The position numbers and the translations under genes are program-made. Below, one piece after another: positions 8,349-17,873 of a DNA stretch of 64,000 bases (positions are counted from its first letter, which is position 1; each line of letters starts with the position of its first letter). Under the pieces are notes generated by a model that made no database searches, was not told the DNA's origin, and saw nothing but the letters and a program-made list of their open reading frames with translations. The DNA comes from Acidobacteriota bacterium (GTDB taxonomy: Bacteria; Acidobacteriota; Terriglobia; Terriglobales; Acidobacteriaceae). The stretch spans positions 10,132-74,131 of the forward strand of contig JAJZEA010000005.1 in the NCBI GenBank assembly GCA_021851335.1, read 5' to 3'.

Positions 8349-10160
8349 TTACCTTCTTGTACCCCATAACACGCTGTTAGCATCCACCTGCGTCTTGGGA
8401 CGACCCCAGAGTTGAGTAAGATCACTTACGGACGATCCCGTTCCCCACAGAATGGCTTCGCCAGAGAGCGAGTCCGTTCCCCACAGAATGGCATCACCGG
8501 TCAAAGTCCCGGTACCCCATAAAATGGCATCTCCCGTCAAATTGCTGGTGCCCCACAGAATCGCATCGCCGGTCAGTGCGTCCGTTCCGCCAAAGATCGA
8601 GTTTCCCCACACTGAAGGCACGTTCCATGTGGTCGAACCGCTACCAAGAACTGAAGTGCCATTCACCAGAACCACGTTGCCAGATGTCGAAATGCTCGCG
8701 GTCGGAGACATCGCGCTGCCCACCGCCGGGGGAGCCAGGACCGTGCTTGCCAGCGCGGCCTGGATATCCAGATAACCCGCGCCAACGGTAAAGATATCCG
8801 CCTGCTCGTTAAATGTCTGGCCTGTGGTTGGGTCGGTTACGGTCGCCGCCTGGACGAGATCCTTGAACGCAGTCACCATCAGCCGCGCCTTGATCTGATC
8901 CGGGGTCAGAGCAGCGTTCTGCTGCAACATCAAAGCAGCCGTTGCACTCACCATCGGGGTCGCCATACTCGTTCCGCTCAAAATGAAGTATGCGGGCGAC
9001 GCTGCGCTCGTTCCATTCGTTTGATAGAGCGACGTGGGAATATCGTGGGTCGGGTTCTCCACGTTCAGCGTATCCGGTGGCGTATACAAAGAGACGATCA
9101 GATTGCCCGGCGCAACGAGATCCGGCTTCACCACCTGATCGACAATCGAAGGCCCTTTTGAGCTGTAGGAAGCCGGCACATCGTCGGTGCGATCCGGCGT
9201 TCCCAGGGTGTTCATCGCTCCCACCGTGATCACATACGGATCATTGCCGGGTGCCGTAATGGTGCCGTAGCCATAAGTTCCGGCATCGTTATCGCGCCCA
9301 TAGTTACCCGCCGCGACCACAACGACGATGCCTGCCTTCCACGCCTCTTCCGCAGCCTGGCAAAGAGGATCGGCTGTGTAGCTTTCCAGCACCGGCCTTC
9401 CCAAAGAAAGGTTGATGACGCGGATGTTATACGTGCTCTTCAACTGAATTGCTGTCTGGATGGCTGCAATCACTTCGCTATCCGTGCCAGCACCATTCTG
9501 ATCCAGTACGCGCAGGTTGATCAGATTCACACCCTGAGCAATGCCCTTGAACGTGTAACTGTCATTCGGCCCGGTCGAATTGCTTCCGTTTCCGGCAATG
9601 ATTCCGCTCACATGCGTGCCATGTCCATACTGGTCAAGCGGACTTCCGGAGTTCGTGAAGTCTTCACTGTAGACGACGTTTGTAGCATTGAGATCAGAGA
9701 CGCTGGCAATGCCACTGTCGATCACGGCAACGCCAATGCCCGCGCCCGTCAGGCCCTGTGACCAGGCATTCGATGAGTTGATGGTCTCATTATGATAGTC
9801 AAGCACCCAGCTCGTGGTGGCGGAACCGCGAAGCGGACGATCCAGCGAGATGTATTTGACCGCTGGATCCTTCGCCAGATCTTCCAGCTCGGAAGCCGGC
9901 ATCGAATATGCGGCACCCTTGAAATGCCCAAGTTCTCGCTTGAGCTTACCGCCGTGATCCATGATCTTTTGATGGTACTTCGCCGTTGGCGCCTGATCGA
10001 ACTGCACAATCACGTCCACCTGGCTGGAGGGATCTCTTCCTTGCAGATCCTTCGATATCTTGCGCGAGCCTGCGAAAGCCAGACTCGAGCAAAGAAGTAA
10101 AGCAGACAGGATCACGAATGCTTTGCCCCGCAACGTACCGCCTGTTGTTTGTTCTTTCAT
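8349..10160 (-). CDS. Secreted S8 subtilase (AprX-like) with C-terminal tandem WG repeats
   Basis: Signal peptide and propeptide; triad VAVIDSG / HGTHVSG / GTSMATP; tail repeats xLTGDAILWGT. Confidence 0.93.
   Translation of the reverse strand: MKEQTTGGTLRGKAFVILSALLLCSSLAFAGSRKISKDLQGRDPSSQVDVIVQFDQAPTAKYHQKIMDHGGKLKRELGHFKGAAYSMPASELEDLAKDPAVKYISLDRPLRGSATTSWVLDYHNETINSSNAWSQGLTGAGIGVAVIDSGIASVSDLNATNVVYSEDFTNSGSPLDQYGHGTHVSGIIAGNGSNSTGPNDSYTFKGIAQGVNLINLRVLDQNGAGTDSEVIAAIQTAIQLKSTYNIRVINLSLGRPVLESYTADPLCQAAEEAWKAGIVVVVAAGNYGRDNDAGTYGYGTITAPGNDPYVITVGAMNTLGTPDRTDDVPASYSSKGPSIVDQVVKPDLVAPGNLIVSLYTPPDTLNVENPTHDIPTSLYQTNGTSAASPAYFILSGTSMATPMVSATAALMLQQNAALTPDQIKARLMVTAFKDLVQAATVTDPTTGQTFNEQADIFTVGAGYLDIQAALASTVLAPPAVGSAMSPTASISTSGNVVLVNGTSVLGSGSTTWNVPSVWGNSIFGGTDALTGDAILWGTSNLTGDAILWGTGTLTGDAILWGTDSLSGEAILWGTGSSVSDLTQLWGRPKTQVDANSVLWGTRR
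8434..8576 (-). repeat. Four in-frame 36-bp repeats encoding L(T/S)G(D/E)AILWGTxx
   Basis: cccca(c/t)a(g/a)aat recurs at 8443, 8479, 8515 and 8551. Confidence 0.9.
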
Positions 10161-10370
10161 GTTTTGCTCTTTCCGCGCCGCCGTGAAGTCTTGGAAATTT
10201 CTAATGCAGGCGCTGCCAATAATCCCTTCTTCGGAGCGAAACGCATTTCCAACAGACAAAATTTAGAATCTACTCATCACGTAGGTGGTATACGCATGAC
10301 CCATTTGCGGACAGTGCCTTCACAGCGTTGACTCCCTTCTTCCCCCCATTCAACCTCGTCAGCAGCGTTG

Positions 10371-11222
10371 CTACAGACACACAAGATCTTCATCACATCG
10401 ATCTTCCGTTGCTAGCTCCCTCGATGCGGCGTGTGCCAGCAACACCCGCACCGGCACCGGCAGCGAACCAAACAGCGCCAGAGTTGCAGGATGTCGAGCC
10501 TGCTCGATCTGCGCGACCGTTACGCACTCCGCGATCGTGCCTGCGTGCAGCACCGCCAGACGGTCGCACAACTGCAAAACGGAAACCAGGTCATGCGAGA
10601 TATACAGCAGCGCCACGCCGTGGCGACGAGTCAGCTGCTGCAACAGCTTCACGATCTCCGCCTGCGTCACCGGATCAAGCGCGCTCGTCGGCTCATCGGC
10701 GATCAGAATCGAAGGACGATGCAGCAGTGCCAGCGCAATCAACACTCGCTGCGCTTGTCCCACGCTGATCTGTCCCGGTTTGCGGCGCAGAAATCCCTCG
10801 TCTCCAGTGGGCAACTGCACCTCTTCCAGCACTTCCTTCATGCGGCTGGCCAGCGCCTCGCGACCCTGGCTCTCATGCGCGCGCCACGCGGCTTCAAAAT
10901 GCGCTCGCAACGTGACCGCGGGGTTCAGCGCCGTCATCGGGCTTTGCGGGATCAGGCTGATGAACTTGCCACGAAGCCGCCGCACTTCGCGCTCCGTCAT
11001 GCTCAGCAGATTTCTTCCGTGAATGAGAACCTCTCCCGAAGCTTTGCCGCCGCGCCAGGCGAGCAGCCCCAGCAGCGCCATCACCAGCGTGGTCTTTCCC
11101 GCGCCGCTTGAGCCAACCATGCCCAGAGCATCCCCGGCACAGAGATCAAAGCAGACATCCCGAAGCACGCTTCGCCTGCCGTACTCCGCCGTCAGGCAAA
11201 CCCGCAGCACGGGCAAGCTCAT
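10371..11222 (-). CDS. Peptide/nickel ABC transporter ATP-binding protein (OppD/DppD-like)
   Basis: Walker A GSSGAGKT, PQSPMTALNP, signature ISVGQ, ILIADEPTSALD, ISHD. Confidence 0.92.
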   Translation of the reverse strand: MSLPVLRVCLTAEYGRRSVLRDVCFDLCAGDALGMVGSSGAGKTTLVMALLGLLAWRGGKASGEVLIHGRNLLSMTEREVRRLRGKFISLIPQSPMTALNPAVTLRAHFEAAWRAHESQGREALASRMKEVLEEVQLPTGDEGFLRRKPGQISVGQAQRVLIALALLHRPSILIADEPTSALDPVTQAEIVKLLQQLTRRHGVALLYISHDLVSVLQLCDRLAVLHAGTIAECVTVAQIEQARHPATLALFGSLPVPVRVLLAHAASRELATEDRCDEDLVCL

Positions 11223-12862
11223 CGTCCACCTGCCTGCGGGCGGCCATCCGGGCGCCGCATCAAATCAATCTTCCAGACCGGACCCGGCGACAGAATAGCT
11301 CCGTCCACGCCACTCAACTGCGGCGAAATGGCCTGCAACACATTCGGATACACCAGATAAATGAACGGCTGCTGGTCCGCCACAATCTGCTGTACGTGGT
11401 CGATCGCCACCTTCCGCTCACTCTGCGACGCACTCGATGCCTGCAATCGCATCTGGCGATCAATCTCCGCCTCCCACTGCGTTGCAGGGGCCTTTTGGGA
11501 TGGATTCCACTGATGATTCGGCGATGAGCTAAGCCACATGTTCATCATCGAGCTTGGATCAGGCTCCGCATTCGACACCCCCAGCAGACAGGCTTCGTAG
11601 TCCTGCTTGTGCATCAGCCGTTCAATCAGCGCCGGAAAATCCAACTCCACCACGGTCACCTCCATTCCGGCAGCAGCAAGATCCTGCTGGATCAGCGAAG
11701 CCATCTTCTGTCGTGCGCCGTTGCCTGCATTGGTGAGGATCGAGAATCGAACCGGGTGACCGGCTGCGTCATAAAGCTGCTTCCCGCTGCGATGAAATCC
11801 CGACACAGCCAGCATTCGCTCGGCATCAGCAAGATTTTCGCGCGGATACTTCAGATCGTCGTCATGCCAAAGATGGTTTGCCGGCGAGATAAAGTCAAAG
11901 GCAGGCGTCGCATGACCGTTGTAGGCGATGCGCGCCAGATCCGCGCGATGAATCGCCTGCGAAACGGCTACGCGAAAGCCGCGATTGCGAAACCACGCCT
12001 TCTCAAAATCAGGCAGCGGAGCAGCCGGCGACTGATTGAACCAGAGCTGCTCGGTATTCAGCGAAGCGCCCAGATCGCGAACGGCCTGCGGTTCTCGACG
12101 CGCAACCACGGCAAAGTATTCCGGAGATAATCCGTCGATCAGGTCCACTTCTCCGCGCAGAAAATCCGCCGTCTCCTGCTCGCGATTGTTCAGGATTTCA
12201 AGACGGATTCCCGTTGCGTACGGTAGTTGCACGCCCCTCGCGTCGCGACGCCAATAGTACGCATTCCGCCGCAGTTCCACATATTGCCCGCTTTTGACTT
12301 CCACCACCGCAAACGGCCCGGAAGTCACGCGTCCCAGGCTTGGGCGATTGGCTGGCTCAATCGCAATCTCGTCGAAGATTCTCTCGACACCCGGAATGCG
12401 TCTGGGCAGATGCACGCGCACCGTCAGCTTGTCTGGAGTATCGAGGGTGACCGCGGCGGGCGACAGAAACTCCTCGGCAACCACCGATTGTGTCTGCGGC
12501 GCCAGCACACGCCGCAGCGACCACGCAACATCTGCCGAGGTAAGCGCCGCACCGTCAGAGAAGCGCAAACCGCTGCGCAGATGAAAAACGAGCAATCTTC
12601 CCGCCGACGATATCTGATAGCTTGCCGCAAGCTGCGGTTCTGGTTTTCCGGTCAGTCGATTCACGCGCAGAAGCACGCCGCCTGTGAGGTAGCGCACCAG
12701 CTCCGACGCCTGATCGTCCACCTTCGCCGGATCGAAGGTTGCCGGATCGTAGTGAATCGCCCACACCAGCTCTCCCGGCTGCCGCGACTCCGCTGGGCAT
12801 GTCGCGCAGAAAGCGAGAAACAACAGCAAAAACGCAAATGTGCAGCGTAATCGGCTACGCAT
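11219..12862 (-). CDS. Peptide ABC transporter substrate-binding protein (family 5)
   Basis: Signal peptide; HLRSGLRFSDG..TSADVAWS, SGPF, FRVAVSQAIHR. Confidence 0.9.
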   Translation of the reverse strand: MRSRLRCTFAFLLLFLAFCATCPAESRQPGELVWAIHYDPATFDPAKVDDQASELVRYLTGGVLLRVNRLTGKPEPQLAASYQISSAGRLLVFHLRSGLRFSDGAALTSADVAWSLRRVLAPQTQSVVAEEFLSPAAVTLDTPDKLTVRVHLPRRIPGVERIFDEIAIEPANRPSLGRVTSGPFAVVEVKSGQYVELRRNAYYWRRDARGVQLPYATGIRLEILNNREQETADFLRGEVDLIDGLSPEYFAVVARREPQAVRDLGASLNTEQLWFNQSPAAPLPDFEKAWFRNRGFRVAVSQAIHRADLARIAYNGHATPAFDFISPANHLWHDDDLKYPRENLADAERMLAVSGFHRSGKQLYDAAGHPVRFSILTNAGNGARQKMASLIQQDLAAAGMEVTVVELDFPALIERLMHKQDYEACLLGVSNAEPDPSSMMNMWLSSSPNHQWNPSQKAPATQWEAEIDRQMRLQASSASQSERKVAIDHVQQIVADQQPFIYLVYPNVLQAISPQLSGVDGAILSPGPVWKIDLMRRPDGRPQAGGR

Positions 12863-13655
12863 AGACCTTCACCTCACTGGCAAAGGATTCCAGAATCATC
12901 AGCACCACCACCAGCAACGCAATGGGCAGGTAAACCCAATGCGAACTGACCAGCAGCGCCGTGTTATCCAGCTCCATCAGCATCGCGCCCCAGGACGGAA
13001 TTGGCTCGCCCACGCCCAGCCCCAGCGCGCCCAGGTTCGCTTCCGCCATGATGAACGCGGGCACGCAGATCAGAAACTGCGGCAAGATCAACGGGCAAAG
13101 CTGAGGAACCACATGCAGTCGCATCAGTTGCCATGTCGTCAGGCCGGATGCGCGCCCCTGAATCATCCATTCCGAACCACGCATCTCCAGCGCTCCGCGA
13201 TAGATTGCCCGCGCAAACGCTGGCCAGCCCAGAAACGCAAGAACAAGAAAGGTCGTCACAGCCGTAGTCAGCGGAGTGGCCGTCAGGGGCAGCAACGACC
13301 GGACCATCATCAGAAAAAATAGCCACGGCAATGACAGGAATCCATCACTGAAAAACATCAGCGCCGCGGCAATCCAACGCGGACTGAATCCCGCAAGCAG
13401 GCCGAATCCTGCGGCAACCACAATGCTGATTGCCGCCGCTACTGTCGCCCCAGTCAGTCCAATCAGAAGCGCCCCTGCCGTCCGCACCAGACGATCGCGA
13501 CCCAGCTCATCGGTGCCAGCCAGATGCGCAGCCGTCGCCGGCGTCAGAATGGCCTCACGATCCTGCTCCGCATAGCTCCAGCGCGACCGGCACAGCGTAA
13601 GCACAGCGGCCAGCACAAGCAGCAGCAGAAAGACGGCGGCGAGCAGCTTCTTCAT
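12855..13655 (-). CDS. Peptide ABC transporter permease (OppC/DppC-like)
   Basis: HLAGTDELGRD, EAA-like loop, EANLGALGLG..PSWG. Confidence 0.9.
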   Translation of the reverse strand: MKKLLAAVFLLLLVLAAVLTLCRSRWSYAEQDREAILTPATAAHLAGTDELGRDRLVRTAGALLIGLTGATVAAAISIVVAAGFGLLAGFSPRWIAAALMFFSDGFLSLPWLFFLMMVRSLLPLTATPLTTAVTTFLVLAFLGWPAFARAIYRGALEMRGSEWMIQGRASGLTTWQLMRLHVVPQLCPLILPQFLICVPAFIMAEANLGALGLGVGEPIPSWGAMLMELDNTALLVSSHWVYLPIALLVVVLMILESFASEVKVYA

Positions 13656-14509
13656 GCCACCTCCAGCATCGCCGGACGCGTCGCGATCAACCCCGCCAGG
13701 CCCACTGCGCAGGCCATCAGCAGGCTGATGGCAGCCAGCACCGGAAGATCACGGTTCATCACCGCCGACCACGCAAGCTCGCCCACCCCTGGCACCGTGA
13801 AGACCACTTCGACAGGAATCAGTGCGCCCAGCGCCGTCACCAGCGAGAGCGTCGCCAGCGCGCACAACTGCGGAGCAAGATTGGGAAGGATGTGCAACGT
13901 CAACAACGCGCGCGCGCGCATTCCCTGCGCACGACCCAACAAAAGATGCGGTGAGCGCCAGGCGCTCTCCAGCAGACTCTGAAGAAACTTGAACTCTCTG
14001 GCGGCAATCAGCAGAGAAAGCACCAGCACTGGACCACCCGCATCGGAGACAATGCCGGCCGTCGCCATCGCGGAAGCTGGAATCGCCAGCAATACCGTGA
14101 ACGGCACACCCCACAAAACCCTCTTCCCGCGCAGCCCGCTGATGGGCAGCGCAGCGCAAATCGCCAGCAGCCAGCCGCAGACAATGCCCTTGCTCAGCAG
14201 CAGCGCCGAAACAGGAATTCGAGCAGTCAGTAGATCGATAACCGGCGTCTGGTATTGGCGGGACGCGCCGAAGTCGCCGTGCAGCCATCCTTCCAGCGCC
14301 TTCGCTGCAATCACGCTGACCGGCTGTTGTCGAGCACTTTCCATCTCCATCTTCGCCTGCGCCACCTGCGCATATCGCGCATCCATCTCACGTGCATCGG
14401 AAAAGAATCCGGGAGCAAAACGCACTAGCAGAATGGTTCCCACCGCGGCAAAAAGCATAAGCAGAAGAGTTCGCATCATACGCGCTGCCATCGTAATCAG
14501 CAGGCGCAT
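13652..14509 (-). CDS. Peptide ABC transporter permease (OppB/DppB-like)
   Basis: GDFGAS..PV..L, RAQG, VEVVFTVPGVG..RDLPV; start set at ggagagg-N4-ATG. Confidence 0.88.
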   Translation of the reverse strand: MRLLITMAARMMRTLLLMLFAAVGTILLVRFAPGFFSDAREMDARYAQVAQAKMEMESARQQPVSVIAAKALEGWLHGDFGASRQYQTPVIDLLTARIPVSALLLSKGIVCGWLLAICAALPISGLRGKRVLWGVPFTVLLAIPASAMATAGIVSDAGGPVLVLSLLIAAREFKFLQSLLESAWRSPHLLLGRAQGMRARALLTLHILPNLAPQLCALATLSLVTALGALIPVEVVFTVPGVGELAWSAVMNRDLPVLAAISLLMACAVGLAGLIATRPAMLEVA

Positions 14510-14865
14510 AATGCCTCTCCCCGTGAAAGGCGTCTCACGCAACTCGAAGAGCGGACAGAGCGAAGTCGGAATCGAAATGAATCCACGCGCATCGTCTCCC
14601 GCCTTCCATCCGCCGCTCACTGCGCCGCGATTCGGATGTGTCTTGCCATGTCCTCCACAAAGAGAATGCCGGCAAAGACAAGTTCATCCGTCATTCTTCA
14701 TTTCGACAGAATGACGCACAGCTCTTATCTCTGCATCGTTTCGAGACAGTCGGCGAGTTTTCACTCACCCCTCAAAAGCAGCGCTGACGTATCCCGTCGA
14801 AAACGCAAAGTCTTCGACGAAACAGACTCTGGATGCAACGCGCTCTCCGCGAAACACGCTGTTGC

Positions 14866-17619
14866 TCAGCGCGAATGTGATGCTGATATTTTTTTGCCTG
14901 CGCTCGCCGTGGGCAGGCGTGAAAGCAGGCTGGCGAGGTTGATGCGATAGAGGTGTTGCGAGGCGGTCAAGGCAAGCAGTTCCTGCTGATCAGGAACGAA
15001 ATGGGCTGCGATGACAGCCTGATCGAGCATAGAGTGAGCCACGCAACGGCCACTCGCCGCGTCGTAGATATTCAATTCCTGGAGCCGGTCAGTCGAAGCC
15101 ATAAGGCCCAGCGAATTGTCACCGGCCAACGCGCGTCCAAAAAATGCAAACTGGCGCTTTCCCGTCGCCACTTGATAGACCGTGGTTTCGTTGTGGATGC
15201 CATAAACCGCCAGCATGGTTCCGAAGAGATCCGCGGAGTGATATTCGCACAGGCAGTCCGGCGCAGTGAGCTGCGGGCTGAAGATCTGATGCTCAATCTT
15301 TCCCGTGCGGTTGGAGATCACGGCGACGACGGTCCCGAATGGATAGATATGGGCCATCTTTCGCTGATCCGAGGTGTAGATCAATTTACCGTTGCCGCTC
15401 CAGCCGTTGAAACTGGTAACAAGCAGCGAGTGGTCTTTATCGACGGCAACAAACTGCGGCGCGCCCTGAATATAGGTCTTCGACCAGAGTTTCGCGTGAG
15501 TTTTCGCATCCTGCGCATCCAGGCGCACGTACTGGCCATAATCCTGATAGACATCGGTTGGCATGAAGGAAAAGGAGACATCTCCAACCTGCATGGGATA
15601 CAAAAACGGATTTGTGGTGCGGGTGATCTCGTGGTCCGTGGTGTTGGCATGGAGGTCTCCGCTGCTATCGATGGTCGCGGTGTAAAACGGCTGCGGAGTT
15701 GCAAGCCGCGCTCCGGTGCTGCTGTCCCACACGGCAGCGCGCGCAGGATTGGAAACCGTCACGTAATGTCCGTCCGGACTGAAGACGCTCGTTTCGACCG
15801 CGGTCAGGGGAGTGTGCGGCAGAGTTACCTTCCGAATCTCCCCGTTCAGGGAACCGATGGCAACCCCGCCCGCAGGCAGCTCATACGCTACCTCCCTGCC
15901 CAGCAGATCGACTGCACTGTCAGGAAATTCATCCTGAATCTTTTCGCTGGCTGGATCGATGAGAGCGACGGCGGAGTGAGCAAGCGGCCCGAAGAGCAGA
16001 TGATTGCTGTCTGCCACTGAGCGAAGCACACCGTAAGGCAACTGGAATTGGCTCAGCTTCTGCCCATCGGGGAAGGTTGAATAACACATCTTGAATAGCT
16101 GATTCCAAGCTCCGGTTCGGAATGACCAGTCACAGGTGGAGAGCATCTTCGAGCCGACAAAGACAAAGCGCTGCTGTCGCAGATCGCCAAGCACGCCATC
16201 CAGATGCACAGTCTGCTTTTGCGTCAGATCATAGCTCATCGCAGCCAATCCAGACGTGGCGACGAAATACCGCCCGTCGCGCGACCAGCGCATGGTGGCC
16301 TGAATCGGAGTATTCTTAAAATTATCAAAGAAGTCGTGCTTCTGGTAGAGCATCTTCCCGTTAACGATGTCGGCCAGCTTCAACCAGACCGTCTTCCCGG
16401 TCAGCGTAAAGTAGGGGCTGACGCAGGCCATCGCCGTACCGTCTGGAGACAGACTTGTCTGCGTGCATCCTGCGTAGTCCACAAAGTCCTGAATGCTGGT
16501 GGGCTCGCCGGTAGCGATCTTCCACTTCTCCACGTGCATATCGTTGTAGTGGAAGACCACGCTCTGCGAGTCCGGCGTGAACTGAGCTTTCTCGGCCTGG
16601 AAAGCGTCGATGGAAAACAAAACCTTTGCTGGGTTGGTCAAAAGCACATGAATCTGAAAGCCATCCTGAGCCAGCGCATATTTTCCATCCGGGCTAAGCA
16701 TCAAACGCTTCAGCACCGGCGCAATCGGCTGCAAAGCGACGGATTCAAGGCCCGGCGTCGGTGCAATAAAGGGATCGATTCGCTGTTCTCCAATTGCCTG
16801 CTGGAAGCGCTGAAAAGCTCGTGAGTCAGAAGGATGATCCCGATAGCAGCCCTTTGGCAGCGAAGCGACAACTTTCCTGGCCATGCGCACCCGCACGCTG
16901 ATAATCGGCGTCAACTCGAATACGTCTGTCAGGAAGTTTCCAGTGTAGCCGCCATTGTCATTGATGCGATCCAGAAATTCCGAGAAGACCTGGGGATTGA
17001 AGTGAGCCTGAATCATCGCGTACAGGCCTACCCGGTCTGCCAGCACCTCGTCATCGCGCTGCTCATCGAATGAGAGATACGCAAACTCATCGGAGGGCAT
17101 ATTCAACATGCGCTCGAATTTATTTTCCACATCCGCGCGGTCGCCCAGATGCTTCACATCCATCGTGCTTTCCATGAAGCGCGTCACCGCAGAGGCAGCG
17201 TGATGAATGTAGATTCTGCCGATCTCCTGCGCCAGCATGGCCGCCAGTTCGTCTTCGCTTTGTGCGTCCATGATCAGCTTGCGGCTGATGTAAACATGGC
17301 CGCCAGCCAGCGAAAAGGCACGGAGATAGGGCGACTCGAAGATACGGAAGGTGTAGTGGATAGGCGTGGGTGGAAGCTGCCGGATCAAGCGCTGTCCGAG
17401 TTCGTCCAGATACTGGCTCTGGTCGCCTGGCAACAGAATGTACCGCGGCTCAACCATATCGGCCTGCGCATCACCGAGCCACTGCTCCTGCTGATCGGAA
17501 AAGATGTCGGGGCGATGGACGCGCAGCCTGGGCTGAGGAATGGAGCAGGGCGAGGAATACGCCCAGGAGCGACCGGCGAACAGAGTAAGCAGAAAGAGCG
17601 CAACAAGCTTGAGTTTCAT
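14866..17619 (-). CDS. Secreted M48-peptidase-like domain fused to beta-propeller repeats; catalytic motif degenerate
   Basis: AFSLAGGHVYISR..SEDELAAMLAQEIGR..EVLADRVG, then SPDG/TPDS WD40-like repeats. Confidence 0.8.
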   Translation of the reverse strand: MKLKLVALFLLTLFAGRSWAYSSPCSIPQPRLRVHRPDIFSDQQEQWLGDAQADMVEPRYILLPGDQSQYLDELGQRLIRQLPPTPIHYTFRIFESPYLRAFSLAGGHVYISRKLIMDAQSEDELAAMLAQEIGRIYIHHAASAVTRFMESTMDVKHLGDRADVENKFERMLNMPSDEFAYLSFDEQRDDEVLADRVGLYAMIQAHFNPQVFSEFLDRINDNGGYTGNFLTDVFELTPIISVRVRMARKVVASLPKGCYRDHPSDSRAFQRFQQAIGEQRIDPFIAPTPGLESVALQPIAPVLKRLMLSPDGKYALAQDGFQIHVLLTNPAKVLFSIDAFQAEKAQFTPDSQSVVFHYNDMHVEKWKIATGEPTSIQDFVDYAGCTQTSLSPDGTAMACVSPYFTLTGKTVWLKLADIVNGKMLYQKHDFFDNFKNTPIQATMRWSRDGRYFVATSGLAAMSYDLTQKQTVHLDGVLGDLRQQRFVFVGSKMLSTCDWSFRTGAWNQLFKMCYSTFPDGQKLSQFQLPYGVLRSVADSNHLLFGPLAHSAVALIDPASEKIQDEFPDSAVDLLGREVAYELPAGGVAIGSLNGEIRKVTLPHTPLTAVETSVFSPDGHYVTVSNPARAAVWDSSTGARLATPQPFYTATIDSSGDLHANTTDHEITRTTNPFLYPMQVGDVSFSFMPTDVYQDYGQYVRLDAQDAKTHAKLWSKTYIQGAPQFVAVDKDHSLLVTSFNGWSGNGKLIYTSDQRKMAHIYPFGTVVAVISNRTGKIEHQIFSPQLTAPDCLCEYHSADLFGTMLAVYGIHNETTVYQVATGKRQFAFFGRALAGDNSLGLMASTDRLQELNIYDAASGRCVAHSMLDQAVIAAHFVPDQQELLALTASQHLYRINLASLLSRLPTASAGKKISASHSR

Positions 17620-17873
17620 GCAGCTTCCGGGACACAGCAAGTCGGAATCATCGTACTCGAAGAGCGCAAAGTGCTGCAATGGCTCAGCGCTTCGACCTCC
17701 GGACACCGTTACCACGCGGGCGTAACAGCTTCTGGTGCCGCATTATCGCAGCTCGCCACAAGCCATGCTACTCTTGACCGCTTTTGCGATCTCGACAAAT
17801 TGCGTCAGCACCGCTTGTCCGGCGGGGCTGAAACAGGTCGCGTCTGGCTTCCACTCGGTTGGGGGAACACGCG

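Noticed and set aside
8434-8576. 36-bp periodic repeats as a CRISPR array
   Set aside because: They are contiguous in-frame coding repeats with no spacers, and there are no cas genes
14617-14649. Mini-ORF MARHIRIAAQ upstream of the ABC operon as a signal peptide
   Set aside because: GGAGG is only 2 nt from the ATG, too close for a functional RBS, and there is no other support
14790-14830. gtcgaa-aacgcaaagtc-ttcgac hairpin as a c-di-GMP-I riboswitch
   Set aside because: It lacks the GGCAAA/GAAA tetraloop-receptor architecture and is on the non-coding orientation
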